DNA of 63,903 bases, counting the filler, from Olpidium bornovanus S191 (Eukaryota > Fungi > Olpidiomycota), in NCBI GenBank assembly GCA_017911155.1. It is 24 parts of 24 records of this genome, joined end to end, with 100 filler letters (N's around TTAATTAATTAA, not from the genome) between each part and the next. Parts side by side here need not be neighbours in the genome. Positions count along the whole stretch, not along the records: positions 44,915 to 46,557 come from JAEFCI010008684.1; positions 46,658 to 49,717 come from JAEFCI010009985.1; positions 49,818 to 51,957 come from JAEFCI010009291.1; positions 52,058 to 53,635 come from JAEFCI010008709.1; positions 53,736 to 54,946 come from JAEFCI010009531.1; positions 55,047 to 56,738 come from JAEFCI010001344.1; 18 more parts are not named here. One strand, written 5' to 3'. Under the pieces are notes generated by a model. The model did not search any database, was not told the origin of the DNA, and worked only from the letters and a program-made list of their open reading frames with translations. This document shows, in pieces, positions 44,915 through 56,693 of this stretch; within the stretch, counting starts at the first letter, position 1; each line of letters begins with the position of its first letter. The translations under genes were made by a program, and so were the position numbers.

Positions 44915-45590
44915 CATGAAAGTAAGGTTCTCGCCCGTTTCCTCTTCGAACTGCGCTTGTGGATCAAAATCATATTCAAAAAGACCGTCCGCCAGAGGGT
45001 CCTCTAAAGGCACTTCTGGAAAAGCTCCAGGGTCGGTAGCCCTCCAGCTCTGAGTATCGGCATCTCCCTCATCAGACGTGTCTTCCGCACGATCGCCTTG
45101 GTCGTTGCCATCATACTCTGACCCTTGCCCCCCGGCATTGTCATACTCCGCTTCGCTCACTTCGTCAGGCTGACCATCGTCTTCATCGTCATCAACTTCA
45201 TCCTCGTCTTCCACTTCCGTATTATCTTCCTCAGTTGATGCTCCATTGTGGACGGCGGCGGGGGGGGCGCGGACTGACTGAATTTGCTCTCCAAGGGATA
45301 CTCGAGGCGAAAAGTTTTCTCGGGGCGTGACCCAGTCCCTGCGGCTCTCGTAATCGTCTTCGTCCTCGGGATCTGTTGCCGTTTCTTCTTCCGCGGAGTC
45401 GGGCACGTAGCGGTAGCCCTTGCCACGCCCTTTAGCGCCAGTTTTCCCTCCTGGCGTAAAGTTTTTGCCTTTGCCCCGACCTTTTTGAGACATCCGTCCT
45501 TTGCCTGCGCCCAGGCCTCGCTTATCCGCGCTCTCGCCGTTCTCTTCGTCCTCCTCCTCGTCCTCCTCGGACGCCATTTCATTCGAAGCA

Positions 45591-45632
<42 letters not shown>

Positions 45633-46193
45633 TCGCCACCGTCGTCTATATCCTCGACGTCCAGCTCGGAATTTGAGCTAGGGACTGGGAGGGATTTACC
45701 CCTGCCGGCCTTAAAACTGCTGCCTGCTTCGAGCAGGTTCTGCTGCAGGCGGGAGAAAAAGACTGCGAGTGGTCAATGCAAATGGGCTCTTGCGTTCAAT
45801 TCAGGCCGCTCTGGCACGTCCACGAAAACAGCATCCGCGGAAGATAATATAATAACGTTTGACGATCTCGCCTCGTGGTGCACCCAGGACCTCCCCAAAC
45901 GCAAAGACCCTTATCAGGCGTCGCGGCAAGACGCCGCCAAGCGGTTCCCGGCAGGCCGGTGTCAAGCCCCAAGCGGGCTTTTTTCCTTGAGACAGCCCCG
46001 CACCAGTGGACGGACTTGAGCCCGCGCAAACGGGTCCTGACGGCAAGCAAAAGCCAACAGGCCGTCCGCTCGGAGGGCCTTTGTCTTGCGCGCCGGGAAG
46101 AAAATTATGCCATACCTCTGCCGCAGAGTCGCTGGCGTCGCCATCGCTGTAGTCCGTCGCCGGCAGGCTTGGGTGGATCTCTGCAGCCGACAT
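44915..46193 (-). CDS. Unidentified highly acidic low-complexity protein, N-terminal part, 3' partial
   Basis: ATG at 46193, polypyrimidine-CAG acceptor near 45745, then a long D/E-rich open frame with a GKG-rich basic patch running to the contig end. Confidence 0.5.
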
Positions 46194-46513
46194 TATACTC
46201 AGCTCTCCTGGAAAGGGAAAGCAAGGGAAGACTTCTTCCTACGCGCGGTGCGCTATTACTCGCCCGGCCCCGGGCCCCCTCCGCCGCCCCGCAGATCTCA
46301 GCCCTCTGGGCTGTGGGGGGACGGGGGGGGGGGGGGGGGGGGGCGAAACGGGAAGAGCTTTTACCGTGCGGGCACTTAAGAAACATACACATGCACAGAT
46401 TTTCTTTTTGTTCGCATTTTTCAGGCGTTGAAGCACGTGGCCGGCACCCCCCCGCTTCCCTTTTCCCCGGGTTGTTTCAAACTTTTCAGAGCGAAACAGA
46501 AAAAAATTCTGTG

Positions 46514-46555
<42 letters not shown>

Positions 46556-46657
46556 CCNNNNNNNNNNNNNNNNNNNNNNNNNNNNNNNNNNNNNNNNNNN
46601 NTTAATTAATTAANNNNNNNNNNNNNNNNNNNNNNNNNNNNNNNNNNNNNNNNNNNN

Positions 46658-47135
46658 ACGTAGACCCCAGAATTGAAAACCCGCTCTCACCAATTGTCAT
46701 AACCATGGTGTTTCCAGTGAAAAGCTCCCCTCCGAAGTCGAGGATGAAGTGCAGGGCTTGCGCGCACAGGCAAAGAACGCGGGGCGCCCTGGGCAACGGT
46801 TTTCGACAGCAGAACCGGCGAAGATTTGACTTGGCGCTAAATCGAGCAGTCGTCGCTTTGGTGAGCCAGCTTGTTTGCGTTGAGCGCATTCTGGCCGCGA
46901 GCGCGTATGCGAATGCAGGAAAATCCGGGCCTTGTGCCGCAGTATAACCGGACGGGTCGTTCTTTTTGGAACCGCAACCGTCGCTTGGCGAAGTGGGCGG
47001 CAAACCGTCGTGGCTGATATCGCTGCTGCCTCCGGCGTGTGCAGGGAGCTGTTTGGCTGTGCCGATCTTCGCGGGCATGGTCACCAATGCCGGCCCTACT
47101 CTTCTGTAAGCACTTGGGTGTGGCCCATATGACAT
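46658..47135 (-). CDS. Formate/nitrite transporter (FNT) family fragment, possibly degenerate
   Basis: Signature FGGELFTGNTMV followed by a GTGAG donor. The upstream sequence does not look like a normal FNT TM1/TM2. Confidence 0.45.
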
Positions 47136-48394
47136 CGCATTTGATTGCCACTACCTCTCCCGCTGGTTCCAAGTGTATGGAGTTTCGTCAGTGCCGGGAT
47201 GCTGCTGAGCGCAGCATGGTCGTCACCATGCTATCCCGTCGAAGGAGAATCCGGCTGATTGCTTTTTGCCGATTCGCGTCCGTCTCGGCCTTCGTCCGCG
47301 GCCGGCCGTCTAATCGCTTCCGATGCTTCCTTTTTCCGCACACTCACGCACACGCACGCGACACGGGGTGTCGGGTAAGGTCTCGGACTGCGATCGCGAC
47401 TTCGTCCCCCTGCCCTTTTTCTTTCGTTTTTAGCCTTGTCGCTCGTTTCCTGCGCGACTTGGGCATTTTTGTAGCGGGTTTAGAGCTGTGCAGTATTATC
47501 TCCTGTTCCGTTTAAATTTAGCTTCGATTAATCGTAACAAATCCGATAGCACCATTTCTAGGTTTTCCATTATGACCTGGCGTGACAACACCTAACCCTA
47601 GCCCCAATCCTAACCCCATGTATTTATGCCTCAAAATCCTCTGCCACATGTGCTGCAGGCAAATTGCGTCCTCGTGGCCGGCTTCGATGGTCTTGCCAAG
47701 TGCAGTGCAGCGCATGTCGCGAAGTGTGCGGAGCGATGCTTCGGGTCGTAAAGTGGGCCGGGGGAAGGTTGAGTTCCCACTCGGTACTCCATGTCCGTCC
47801 GCCGTGCGTGACCCTCGAAAGAGCAGTTCCAATTCATCTCTTTCGGCACGAGCCAGGTCCCGTGGAAGCGGTCCGAAAGAAGGATCTGGGCTTTCTCGTA
47901 GAACGGGGATGAGTATCCCGGCGCGTTTGCTGAAGCCTCACTCATTCGTTCGTTCATGAAACATCGGACCCAGTGCTTCTGAGTTGTCGCGCCATCGACA
48001 TTGCCCTTCATATTAGTAAGCAGCGACGGTCGTGAGCACGTTCGACCTGTACGCAGAAAAGATCAAACTGTCGGCACATGTTGAATTCAGTTTTTACGAC
48101 TTCCGCCGGCGGATAGTTTCCTTCTGCTCTGCCTCGATCTGCATAGCTTCAAGCTCTTGATCGAACATTTGACCCCATGATCAGGAATGTTAGTTTTTTT
48201 TTTTTTTTTAACGTCAAACGGCACACAGGAAACAGCATAATTTCTATGTCACCAACTGATGATCACCGCATAATGAGGAGAAAAATGCCCGCATAGTAAT
48301 TAGCACAATGCGGCACATCACGGGATCTTGTAACCCGAAACATGGACTCTCACATCCATAAGGACCGACTCGTGAACCTTCTGCGACGAGTGGG

Positions 48395-48524
48395 CGCGGA
48401 AGATCTGGATCAAGGAGATTTTATGCGTAGGAATCTTTATGTGCACGAAGATTCCCGCGCGCGGAAGATCTGGATCAAGGAGATTTTATGCGTAGGAATC
48501 TTTACGTGCACGAAGATTCCCGCG
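48395..48524. repeat. Tandem duplication, 2 x 65 bp, each unit containing a 26-bp dyad
   Basis: Units start at 48395 and 48460 and differ at one base. Dyad GGAATCTT-TA(C/T)GTGCACG-AAGATTCC. Confidence 0.92.
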
Positions 48525-48689
48525 AAGTCATGCTGGGATAAGTGTGACTCCACCAGAGCCGTAAACCGACGGTTTGGGATCCGGTTCAAACCCGGGACGC
48601 TGGGCATTGGTAAGCTAACGCCAAAAGCCCCGTAGCTATTTTCGTCCATAACGGGCATTTGTGGCAGTCGGCCAGGAGCAATGGGGGAT

Positions 48690-49060
48690 CTACACAACGG
48701 GTTGTCGGGAAAAGATTGGACGAGGCGAGATTATGAAGGGCCTTCTTGATGACGGGGCGGCGGGGCATCGCGGAGGCGCTCGTACGCACTTGAAAGTTAA
48801 AGTACGGCATTACTGGCCGGGGATGTATCGTGATATCAAACGCTACGCGGGAACGTGCGAAACGCGTCAACGGGTTTTTTTTTTATAAAAATGCTATTAC
48901 GATCCGATCAACCAGACTTTCCCCAGGGTCGCACATCATACTTGGTATATCGATAACGTGTACATGCAGCCGACCGGGAAGTACCGGTATTTGGTGCTAG
49001 CACGAGAAGGTCTATGGCCCAGAAGGCAATCGGCGAGCTGAACAAAGTCATCAAACGATC
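48690..49060 (+). mobile_element. Ty3/gypsy integrase relic (H2C2 zinc-binding region and start of rve)
   Basis: GHRGGARTHLKVKVRHYWPGMYRDIKRYAGTCET, then frameshifted WYIDNVYMQPTGKYRYLVLARE. Confidence 0.8.
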
Positions 49061-49817
49061 GTCAGTGCGCTGAAAAAAAAAAAAATAAAATAAAACCCAT
49101 GGATGGGAACAAATGAGACTGGGCCGCCGCTCTATTGCTCTTAGCGTCGTGGGGGCGGATCGGTTGACAACGACGAGAGCAGCAGGGTTCTCACCCGCCG
49201 AATTGGCGTTTGCCCGACAGATGGCCTTACCAATCAAGGCTTCAAAGAGAACGTTGCCGACTATGCCGTGGGCAGGACGGGGTGAGCACGGAAGAATCAC
49301 TTTGCGATTCAGATACGTCGGCTTGAAATGACGAGAGGAGGAGATTGGAAAAAGCGCGGGAAGAAAAAAAAAAAAAAAAAAAAAAAAAGCCAGCGAAACG
49401 AGGATTCAAGAGGAAGGGCCTCTACCGGTGCGCGTCGACCGCGGCCGCCCTCGGCCAACCGGAAAATCGGGGATTTGAGACCCCGGCACAGAACTTTCAA
49501 CTTGAGACCAAACGTTACGTGCGGAACGAAAAAAAAAAAAAAAAAAAAAAAATCTGAGCCACGATGGCACGGTCCTTAACGTTGTACTAGTAAGTCCATG
49601 CGGATGCTGCTACGTACAAACCCGCGGAGCTGGACGGGGGACTCCGATGAAACCACGGTGCTCCCGAAAACGGGTCGAGCTATTCCGTCGTAGGACGGGG
49701 GGGGCTAACGAGTATGANNNNNNNNNNNNNNNNNNNNNNNNNNNNNNNNNNNNNNNNNNNNTTAATTAATTAANNNNNNNNNNNNNNNNNNNNNNNNNNN
49801 NNNNNNNNNNNNNNNNN

Positions 49818-51000
49818 CATGAAATCTTAAAGACGGCGAAAAGAATTAAAGAACAGAAAAAAAAATTATTTTCGCGCTAATTCTCTCTCGGCGCGAAGAG
49901 GGACGACCGTTTCCGGAGCTTAAATAGAAAAAAAGAAAGAGAAGCGCACTGAAATTTGAAGAAGGAAAGGAAAAAAAACTTTTTCGCGGAAATTCTCACT
50001 CAGCGCGGAGAGGGTCGGCCGTTTCCGAAGCTCAAAAAAAAGCGAAAAAAACGACAATTAAATAAGAACAAAAGCCCGGAGCACGGGGAACCGATTTGCA
50101 CAAAAAATAACCGGGGAGCCGGGGGAAGAAAACACTCGTGCGCGCACCGTACACCCTGATGTCCTCGTCCAGCTCGGCGTTCAGCTTTCCCAGAAAACTC
50201 TCGATGTCGACGACGAGCTTCATGCTCACGACCTGGCCCGCGGCGTGCACGCCCTTGTCGGTGCGCGCGGCCCGGCGCAGCTGGACCTTTTTGGAGTCGC
50301 CGGCGTTCGCCTCGGATATGGACCCTATCTTGCAGAGCGCGCGGATCAGCTCGCCCTCGACCGTGAACGTACCGGGGTTCCTAAAACGCGCCACGCAAAG
50401 AAAAAAAAAAAAAAAAAAAAGGTAAGGGTCGCGTTTCTGAGGACGCAGGCGCTACGCGCGCCGAACGACGAAACCGAACAAACACGGAGTGGCAAAACGG
50501 GGGTTTGTCCGCCCCCCCCCGTCCCAACCTCCCCTCCCACCGACCCCCACCTGCCGAAGGATTGAAACTTACACCTGCATGCCCCGGAACTTCGTCCCGC
50601 AGTATCCCATCAGGAGCACGACCTTCCGCTTCGGCGCTCTCCTCGGCGTCCTCGCTTTGCCTTCTGCCGCGCTCTCGCCGTCCCCCTCCCCGTCGTCCTC
50701 TTCGGAGGCGCTGTCGTCCCCGGCGGCGGCGGCGGCGGGCCGTCCCCGCTTTCTGCAAGGGGTTCCGCCCTCGCGGTGCCCGGGGGGCCGGGCGTCGTCT
50801 CCGTGCCGCGTGTGACCTTCCCCCGCCACCCTCTGCTTCTTTGCTGGCGGCGGGCCCTCGGCGGCCGCCGGCGCTCCCGGGGCCTCGGGAGCCGGCCCGT
50901 TCTGCGAGTGTTGGTCGAGTCCGCCCGGGCCGGCGGACGACGGCGAGGCGGGCGGCTTGTCGCCGCCGCGCGGGGAGGCGGGGCTGTGCTCGGCCGCCAT
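49818..51000 (-). CDS. PUS1: tRNA pseudouridine synthase Pus1 (TruA family), 3' partial
   Basis: KRKVVLLMGYCGTKFRGMQ|RNPG..TVEGEL and RAARTDKGVHAAGQVVSMK. Introns about 50380-50571 and 49826-50147. Confidence 0.93.
50430..50514. repeat. Dispersed about 86-bp element, copy 2, inside PUS1 intron 1
   Basis: About 93% identical to 5648-5732 and adjacent to a 20-nt A tract. Confidence 0.9.
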
Positions 51001-52057
51001 GGGTCGTTCCGTGGGCAGGAACTAATGGGGAGAAGGGGGGGGGAGGGGGCGGGTGCGTGGCGGGAGGGAGGCGCGGGAAAAAGAGGCCCGGTGCCCTCTC
51101 TCCGCCCGAACTCGCGCTCGTTCCGCCACCGCCACCACCACCGAAGAGAGGGAGGGGGCTACTTACGCTACGGAAACGGAATTTACACAAAAAGAGATAA
51201 AAGGAGGGAAGAAAAAATAATATATAATCACGCAGCCGCGAGACGTGAGAGAGGGGCTCCCTGGCCAGAAAAGCGCCCTCCCTCCTCTCTCTTTCTCTCT
51301 CTCGTTCGTTCGTTCGTTCGTTCGTTCCTTAGTTTGTCAATGGTCCCTCTCGACTATTGTTCCGTGCACGCACACGCACCACGGCACACGTGATGCCCGC
51401 CAAAGGGTTCAAAGGAGAACTTCACGTGACCACCGAGGCGCGCGCGGGAGTGCGGTTGGGGTCGGAACCCTTGCTGAAGTCGTTTGTGAATTAAAGGTAA
51501 ATAAAAAAAGGAAAGGAACGAAAAAGAAGGAGGGGCGGGGCGGTGCGGGTCGGGGGCGAGAGGCCAAAAATACCGTGGTTTTTGGGAGTATAGGTTCGAA
51601 TCCTTTTAGTTAGGGATCAATAGTTAGCTATATCTGGCAGACGGGTGTTGGCGCGCCGAAGGCCGCGGGGATGGGGGGCCACGGTGTTGCAGAGAAACCG
51701 GAAGGGCGCCGGTTTTTTCCGTGCCAGTCGACGAAAAACTCGCGTCGACTTGCCCCACCGTCCGCCGCCCCTGCCCGCTCGCCGGCTTGGGCGGTTGCAA
51801 GCCGGAAACGCGGGAACCCAAGGGCCCCCTCCGCACGAGCGGGGCACGTGCGTACGGCAAGGCCGGCAGATTTGTGTGGTGGAATGGAGGAGGAGCGGAA
51901 GAGGCGGGCGTGGGGTGGGGGAATCCGAAACGAAAAATAATCCGACAGCTCGTTCCANNNNNNNNNNNNNNNNNNNNNNNNNNNNNNNNNNNNNNNNNNN
52001 NTTAATTAATTAANNNNNNNNNNNNNNNNNNNNNNNNNNNNNNNNNNNNNNNNNNNN

Positions 52058-53197
52058 CATGTAGCTTCCTTGGCATTGTTGACGTTGGTAAACCAGAGCG
52101 TCTCTGCCATGCCGAATAACTTGTTCTCTGCTAGGACAACTTGCAGATCAGGTTGAAGTCCGGCAAAGCGAAAGTAAGTTTCCATCTTATGAAGGAAAGC
52201 ACGAAGTTTCACAACCCCGCCTTTGCCATCAAACTTTGAAATTTCTGCCAAAGTTGTTTATGTGGAGTCCTTCCTGGAGTCCATAGGGTATGTCTGTGGG
52301 CAATTGCTGGGAGGACTGTTTGGTCGTGAGTTTCTCGACCTGTCGCTGAAGGGACCTTACTTGTGCCTTCAGGATCTCAGTCTCCTCGCTGAGTGCCAAG
52401 GTTGATGAACTCTGTACGTCATCTAAATCGCTGGCAAGTCTTGAATGAGTCGAGAAGATGGCTCCCTTGCTGGGCTTGCTGGCACTGGCTTGTCCTTCCT
52501 ATCCGTCATCATGGGGCGTGATCAGCAATGTCCGAGTCGTGTGACGGCAAAGCCGAAAAAGAAGGTTGGCGACGGTAGCGGTTGGCGGCGGTGATGAGAG
52601 CGGCGGGCGCCGGGGCTGCGGCGACGCGCGCCGCCGGCGGCGGCCGGAAAGCGGCAGCGGCGGCCGGAAAGCAGCAGCGGCGGCCGGGGTGCGGCAAAGC
52701 GCGGCGCGATGGCGGGAACGGCGCTGCGGCAGAGGGCGGCGCTGCGGCAGAGGGCGGCGCTGCGGCAGAGGGCGGCGCCGCGGCGGAGAGCGGCGGGAAG
52801 CCGGCAAAGGCGATGATCTCCGGTTCGCCGAAAGCGAGGGAGGCAGAGAAGGGCGACGACGGAGCTGCGCTGCGGCGGGGGTGGCGACGGCAGCGGCAGC
52901 CGGAAAGCGGCGCTGCGGGAGGGGCGCGGCGGCGACGGAGAGCGGCGCTGCGGCGGAGAGCGGCGCTGCGGCTGCGTCCGTCAGGGTCCCGTTGGGCTCA
53001 TAACCTGTGAAAGTTGTGTGTTTCGCCGTCTATGCCCCGGCAAGGCGGTAGACGCGTTCGCGTTTATCCAAGGAAGGAGGAAGTAACTATAGTAAACATT
53101 CAGGGGTTCCAACTATATTGTCCAACAGTTCTCGTCTCCGTATACAGCTCTACTGAGCATGTCCGCCATGCAGTTGTCATCTCCAGGTATGTGGACA
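52058..53197 (-). mobile_element. LTR retrotransposon 5' end: LTR (about 53006-53197), PBS GGTTATGAGCCC (52994-53005), GC-rich leader, gag N-terminus
   Basis: The minus strand reads ...TTTCACA-GGTTATGAGCCC. Gag reads KFDGKGGVVKLRAFLHKMETYFRFAG...AENKLFGMAETLWF. Confidence 0.75.
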
Positions 53198-53227
53198 ATC
53201 TCGAACCCATCTAATATGGGTTCTTAT

Positions 53228-53635
53228 CCGTACCCGAGCCCGCGGATAAAACCCGCGGGTTTTACCCGTGGGTACGGGTAACGGGTTTGAGCAACAAAGG
53301 TCGGGTATGGGTACGGGTTACAGCCAATGTGTACCCATCTACCCGTGGGTACCCGAGTCGGCTCGGCGGAAAAAAGAAGAAAAAAACTTCGATTCACCCA
53401 ACACACCAGTCAGGCTTTCACCCAAACACACCTTTTTACCCAGCACACCTTCCCCAATCCATCCCATCCATTGGCCATCCCATCTATCCATCCAATCCAT
53501 CTGTCCATCTATCTTTTCCATCCATCCTTCATCATGACAGTGGAAGAGATTTTTCCAGATGACAGCGTTAGTCAGTCTAACACCCACCTTAATGGAGGAT
53601 CTGCAGTCTCTGCAGGCAATCCAGGGAAGAGACCA
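53228..53635 (+). mobile_element. Possible DNA-transposon (hAT-like) end with ACCCG/CGGGT arrays and the start of an ORF
   Basis: Dense TACCCG/CGGGTA inverted and direct units at 53228-53365, then (CCAT)n, then ORF MTVEEIFPDDSVSQ running into the spacer. Confidence 0.35.
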
Positions 53636-53735
53636 NNNNNNNNNNNNNNNNNNNNNNNNNNNNNNNNNNNNNNNNNNNNTTAATTAATTAANNNNNNNNN
53701 NNNNNNNNNNNNNNNNNNNNNNNNNNNNNNNNNNN

Positions 53736-54946
53736 CATGCCACGGTAAAGATCACGCTCAGGTCAAGATCACGTCCCGGTTAAGACGCCCAAGCCATCGC
53801 GCCCCGGTCAAGATCACGCCCCAGTCAAGAAGCTCGTTCCGTGGGCGCTTCCAGGCTCCGCACTCGCCCCTGCTCGTTCCGAGTGCGGCGCCGGCCCCGT
53901 CCCCGCCTCCGCTCGCTCCGAGCGCGGCGCCAGCCCCGCCCCCGCCTCCGCTCGCTCAAAGCGCGGCACCGGCACCGGCACCGGCCCCGCCCCGCCTCTG
54001 CTCGCTCCGAGCGCGGCGACGGGCCCGACCTCGGCTCTGCTCGTTCGTTCAAGCGGCCATCCTTCCCGTCCCTCCTCTTTCGGCGTTTTGTTTTTTTTGC
54101 GCGGGTATTTTCTTTCCCGCGATCGTAGACCACCCCTGCCCCCCCTCGCCCCTCAAAAGCGCTCCGCAAGTTTGAGCTCCTTTACGCGTCCGACCGTCGC
54201 GGTCAACAACGCCGTTCCGGTCAGAAAAGCGCTCCGGCCGAAAATCGCGCTCCGGCCGAGATCACGCTTCGGCCAAGATCACGCTTCGGCCCAAATCACG
54301 CTTCGGCCGAGATCGGCGCTCCCAGACTTCGCCTTCCCCTCTGTTTCGTTCCGTCTCCGACGACGATTTTCTTTAGACCCCACTTCGCCCCCCCCAGCCC
54401 TCTGCCTGACGGCGCTCTCCCTCACAGGTCTGCCCACGGCGCACCGTCCTCCTCTCCCTTGCGGCGGCGTCCGAGGTGACGCGTCCGGTCGAGATCACGC
54501 CCCAGCGAAGATAGGCGCCCCGGCCGAGGGCTCCCGCCCGAGCTCGGGAGCGCGACCAAAAAACGCGCGTAACCCCGGCCGGCCCGTTCTGAGCGCGTAG
54601 TTGGTTCCTTCGCTCGAGCTCGGCGGCGCCGTTTGGGCGAGGCGGGCGGGGCGCCCCGGGTGTCAGATTAGCGCAGCGTGTTCATGCGGCGGTAATGAGC
54701 TCCGCCATTGGTCCGCCGCCCGCCCGCGGGCGTTCCACCCTTTTCCCCTTCCCCGTCCGCTCCGCCGCCCCCGCGTCCCCCCCCCCCCTTGCCCTCTTCC
54801 CCGCCCTTCCCCGCCCTTCCCCGCCCTTCGCCCCCGTCCCCCGCTCCCCCGCGGGTATAAAAGGCGTTAACGGCCCCGTCCGCGCGCTCTCTTTTTTTTT
54901 TTTCCTCACCCCTTCCCGATCCTCGTTCCTGGCCTTCGGTGTCGCG
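53736..54946 (+). promoter_or_regulatory. TATA promoter copy B with two arrays of 17-bp repeats (CCGGYCRAGATCACG)
   Basis: 17-nt-period units at 53744, 53761, 53778, about 53806, and about 54236, 54254, 54271, 54288, 54305, plus 54486. TATAAAAG at 54856-54863. Homologous to 40970-41535. Confidence 0.75.
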
Positions 54947-55046
54947 NNNNNNNNNNNNNNNNNNNNNNNNNNNNNNNNNNNNNNNNNNNNTTAATTAATT
55001 AANNNNNNNNNNNNNNNNNNNNNNNNNNNNNNNNNNNNNNNNNNNN

Positions 55047-56314
55047 CATGCGAAAGCTTAAGCTGTCGTCTGTATTCGATCTTGTTTCGCTGAACATCGG
55101 TAGGAGAAAACCGTTGAAAGATATCCGCGAGAGACACGGCCAAAAAGTTGGCGTTCAGCTCGCTGGCCAACGCAAGTGTGACGGCTTCCGCATTGATTTC
55201 ACCTCCCTTGAACGGGGAAGCGATGACAACTATGCGTCCGCTGAATCAAAGCGAAAAAGCCCCGACAATGTCACTACTTGCAATGGTCCAGAGAATAAAA
55301 ATGCGCGTTCGGTAGTGTCACCGTCTGACACGACGACAGCAGCTCTTCGGGGTACCGGTTCACATTCTACACTTGCACATACCTCGCCGAGGGTATGTCT
55401 CCAATCACGTCTCCGATACTCCTGGCACCAGCTTTCGCAGCCGCCACCTTCCCCGCGAGGTGAGCGCTAGCAGATGCGGAGCTCGCGAACGGAACTCCTG
55501 CTTGAGGCGGAGGGCTCGTCGCGGGAACGATCAACGATTTCCCCAGCGCGCGCAGTTCCCTTTTAACAGTGTCGTGGACGAAATATCCGAGGCCTTCGTC
55601 ATCGAGGCCTTTGGGGAAGGGGTTGTCATCCGGGGATATCGTACTCTTGCTGATGTTCGGCAACGCATCCAAGCCTAGGAAGCGCGCCGGCCGGTGCCTC
55701 TTTATGAGGTCGTCCAAGGTAGCCGTTGGCGGCGGGTCCTCCGACTTCAGCCGGTACGCTGTGCCGCCAAGACTTTCGGTGCCGTTGGAAGAATTGTAAC
55801 CCCCACCGCCGCCGGAACTCCCCGCGTGGCTGGAGGACCCCGGACATGGCGATAGCAAAAGCGAAACAGCGCCGGGCGGCATACCATAACGGACGCTCGC
55901 GGAAGACGGAGAGTTGTGGACGGGGCTCGGCTTGGACTCCATCCCCTCAGCGCTTTGCAATCCCGACGAACCTGCTGCCAGCCGCCGCTCGTGGGCTGTA
56001 GCGAACCTTCTACGCCGCGCGTTGGAGCCCGCGCCAGATTTGAAGAACCGCTTCTGGCAGCGTGGCCATCGGCTGGAACTTCCGGCGCAAACCAGGCGGT
56101 GGCCGGACGCGTGCTGGCCTCGAAGATGAAGCTGGTGGTACCAACGCGAACTTCGTGCAGCCGCGACAGGCGAAAGCAGAAAATGCCTCGCGGTGACCGA
56201 GGCGGCGGCTCCCCGTCCGGACCATTCTACGGCCGCGAGGGCCGGACTCCTTCGTGCGGGACAAGTCCGGCGTCCGATGAGCAGCAGCAACGATGACGGC
56301 CCGACGGCCATCAT
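55047..56314 (-). CDS. N-terminal part of a large, probably mitochondrial, AAA-family ATPase-like protein, 3' partial
   Basis: R/S/A-rich presequence. After intron 55242-55381 the frame reads GRIVVIASPFKGGEINAEAVTLALASELNANFLAVSLADIF, like the degenerate first AAA module of large Msp1/spastin-related proteins. Confidence 0.45.
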
Positions 56315-56659
56315 CAAACCTGACGAAGAGGCGTCAACAGGCGCGGGCGCGAAGGGAAGGGGCAACAGCTCCCCAAGCAGACCCGGTGGCCTGCACTTGG
56401 ATCTCTCACGCAAAAGCTGCGGGTGCGCAACCCTCGCGCCGACGAGCGCGCGCGTCGAGCTGGTTCCGGTTGCCTGCCTTGGGCCGCCAAGTGGCCGGAG
56501 AGGAAACGGGGTTGAATCCGGCGAGCGGGCGAACGACGAACGCCGCAGGCGACGTGAGCGGGCGTAGGCTGCCTCGCGCCGGGGGAAAAAGGAAGGGAAC
56601 GGGAGCGTTTGCGGGGCGCGGGAGGGGAGGGGGGGGGAAGGGGGCAGCACCCTGCAGCA

Positions 56660-56693
<34 letters not shown>

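Noticed and set aside
47586-47612. Telomere-like TAACCC repeats
   Set aside because: Only two degenerate units, internal to a contig and next to a GTGACA LTR-like end. More likely a TE microsatellite.
51560-51610. tRNA-like GGTTCGAATCC B-box
   Set aside because: The T-stem is mismatched, and no acceptor stem, D-arm or 7-nt anticodon loop can be formed.
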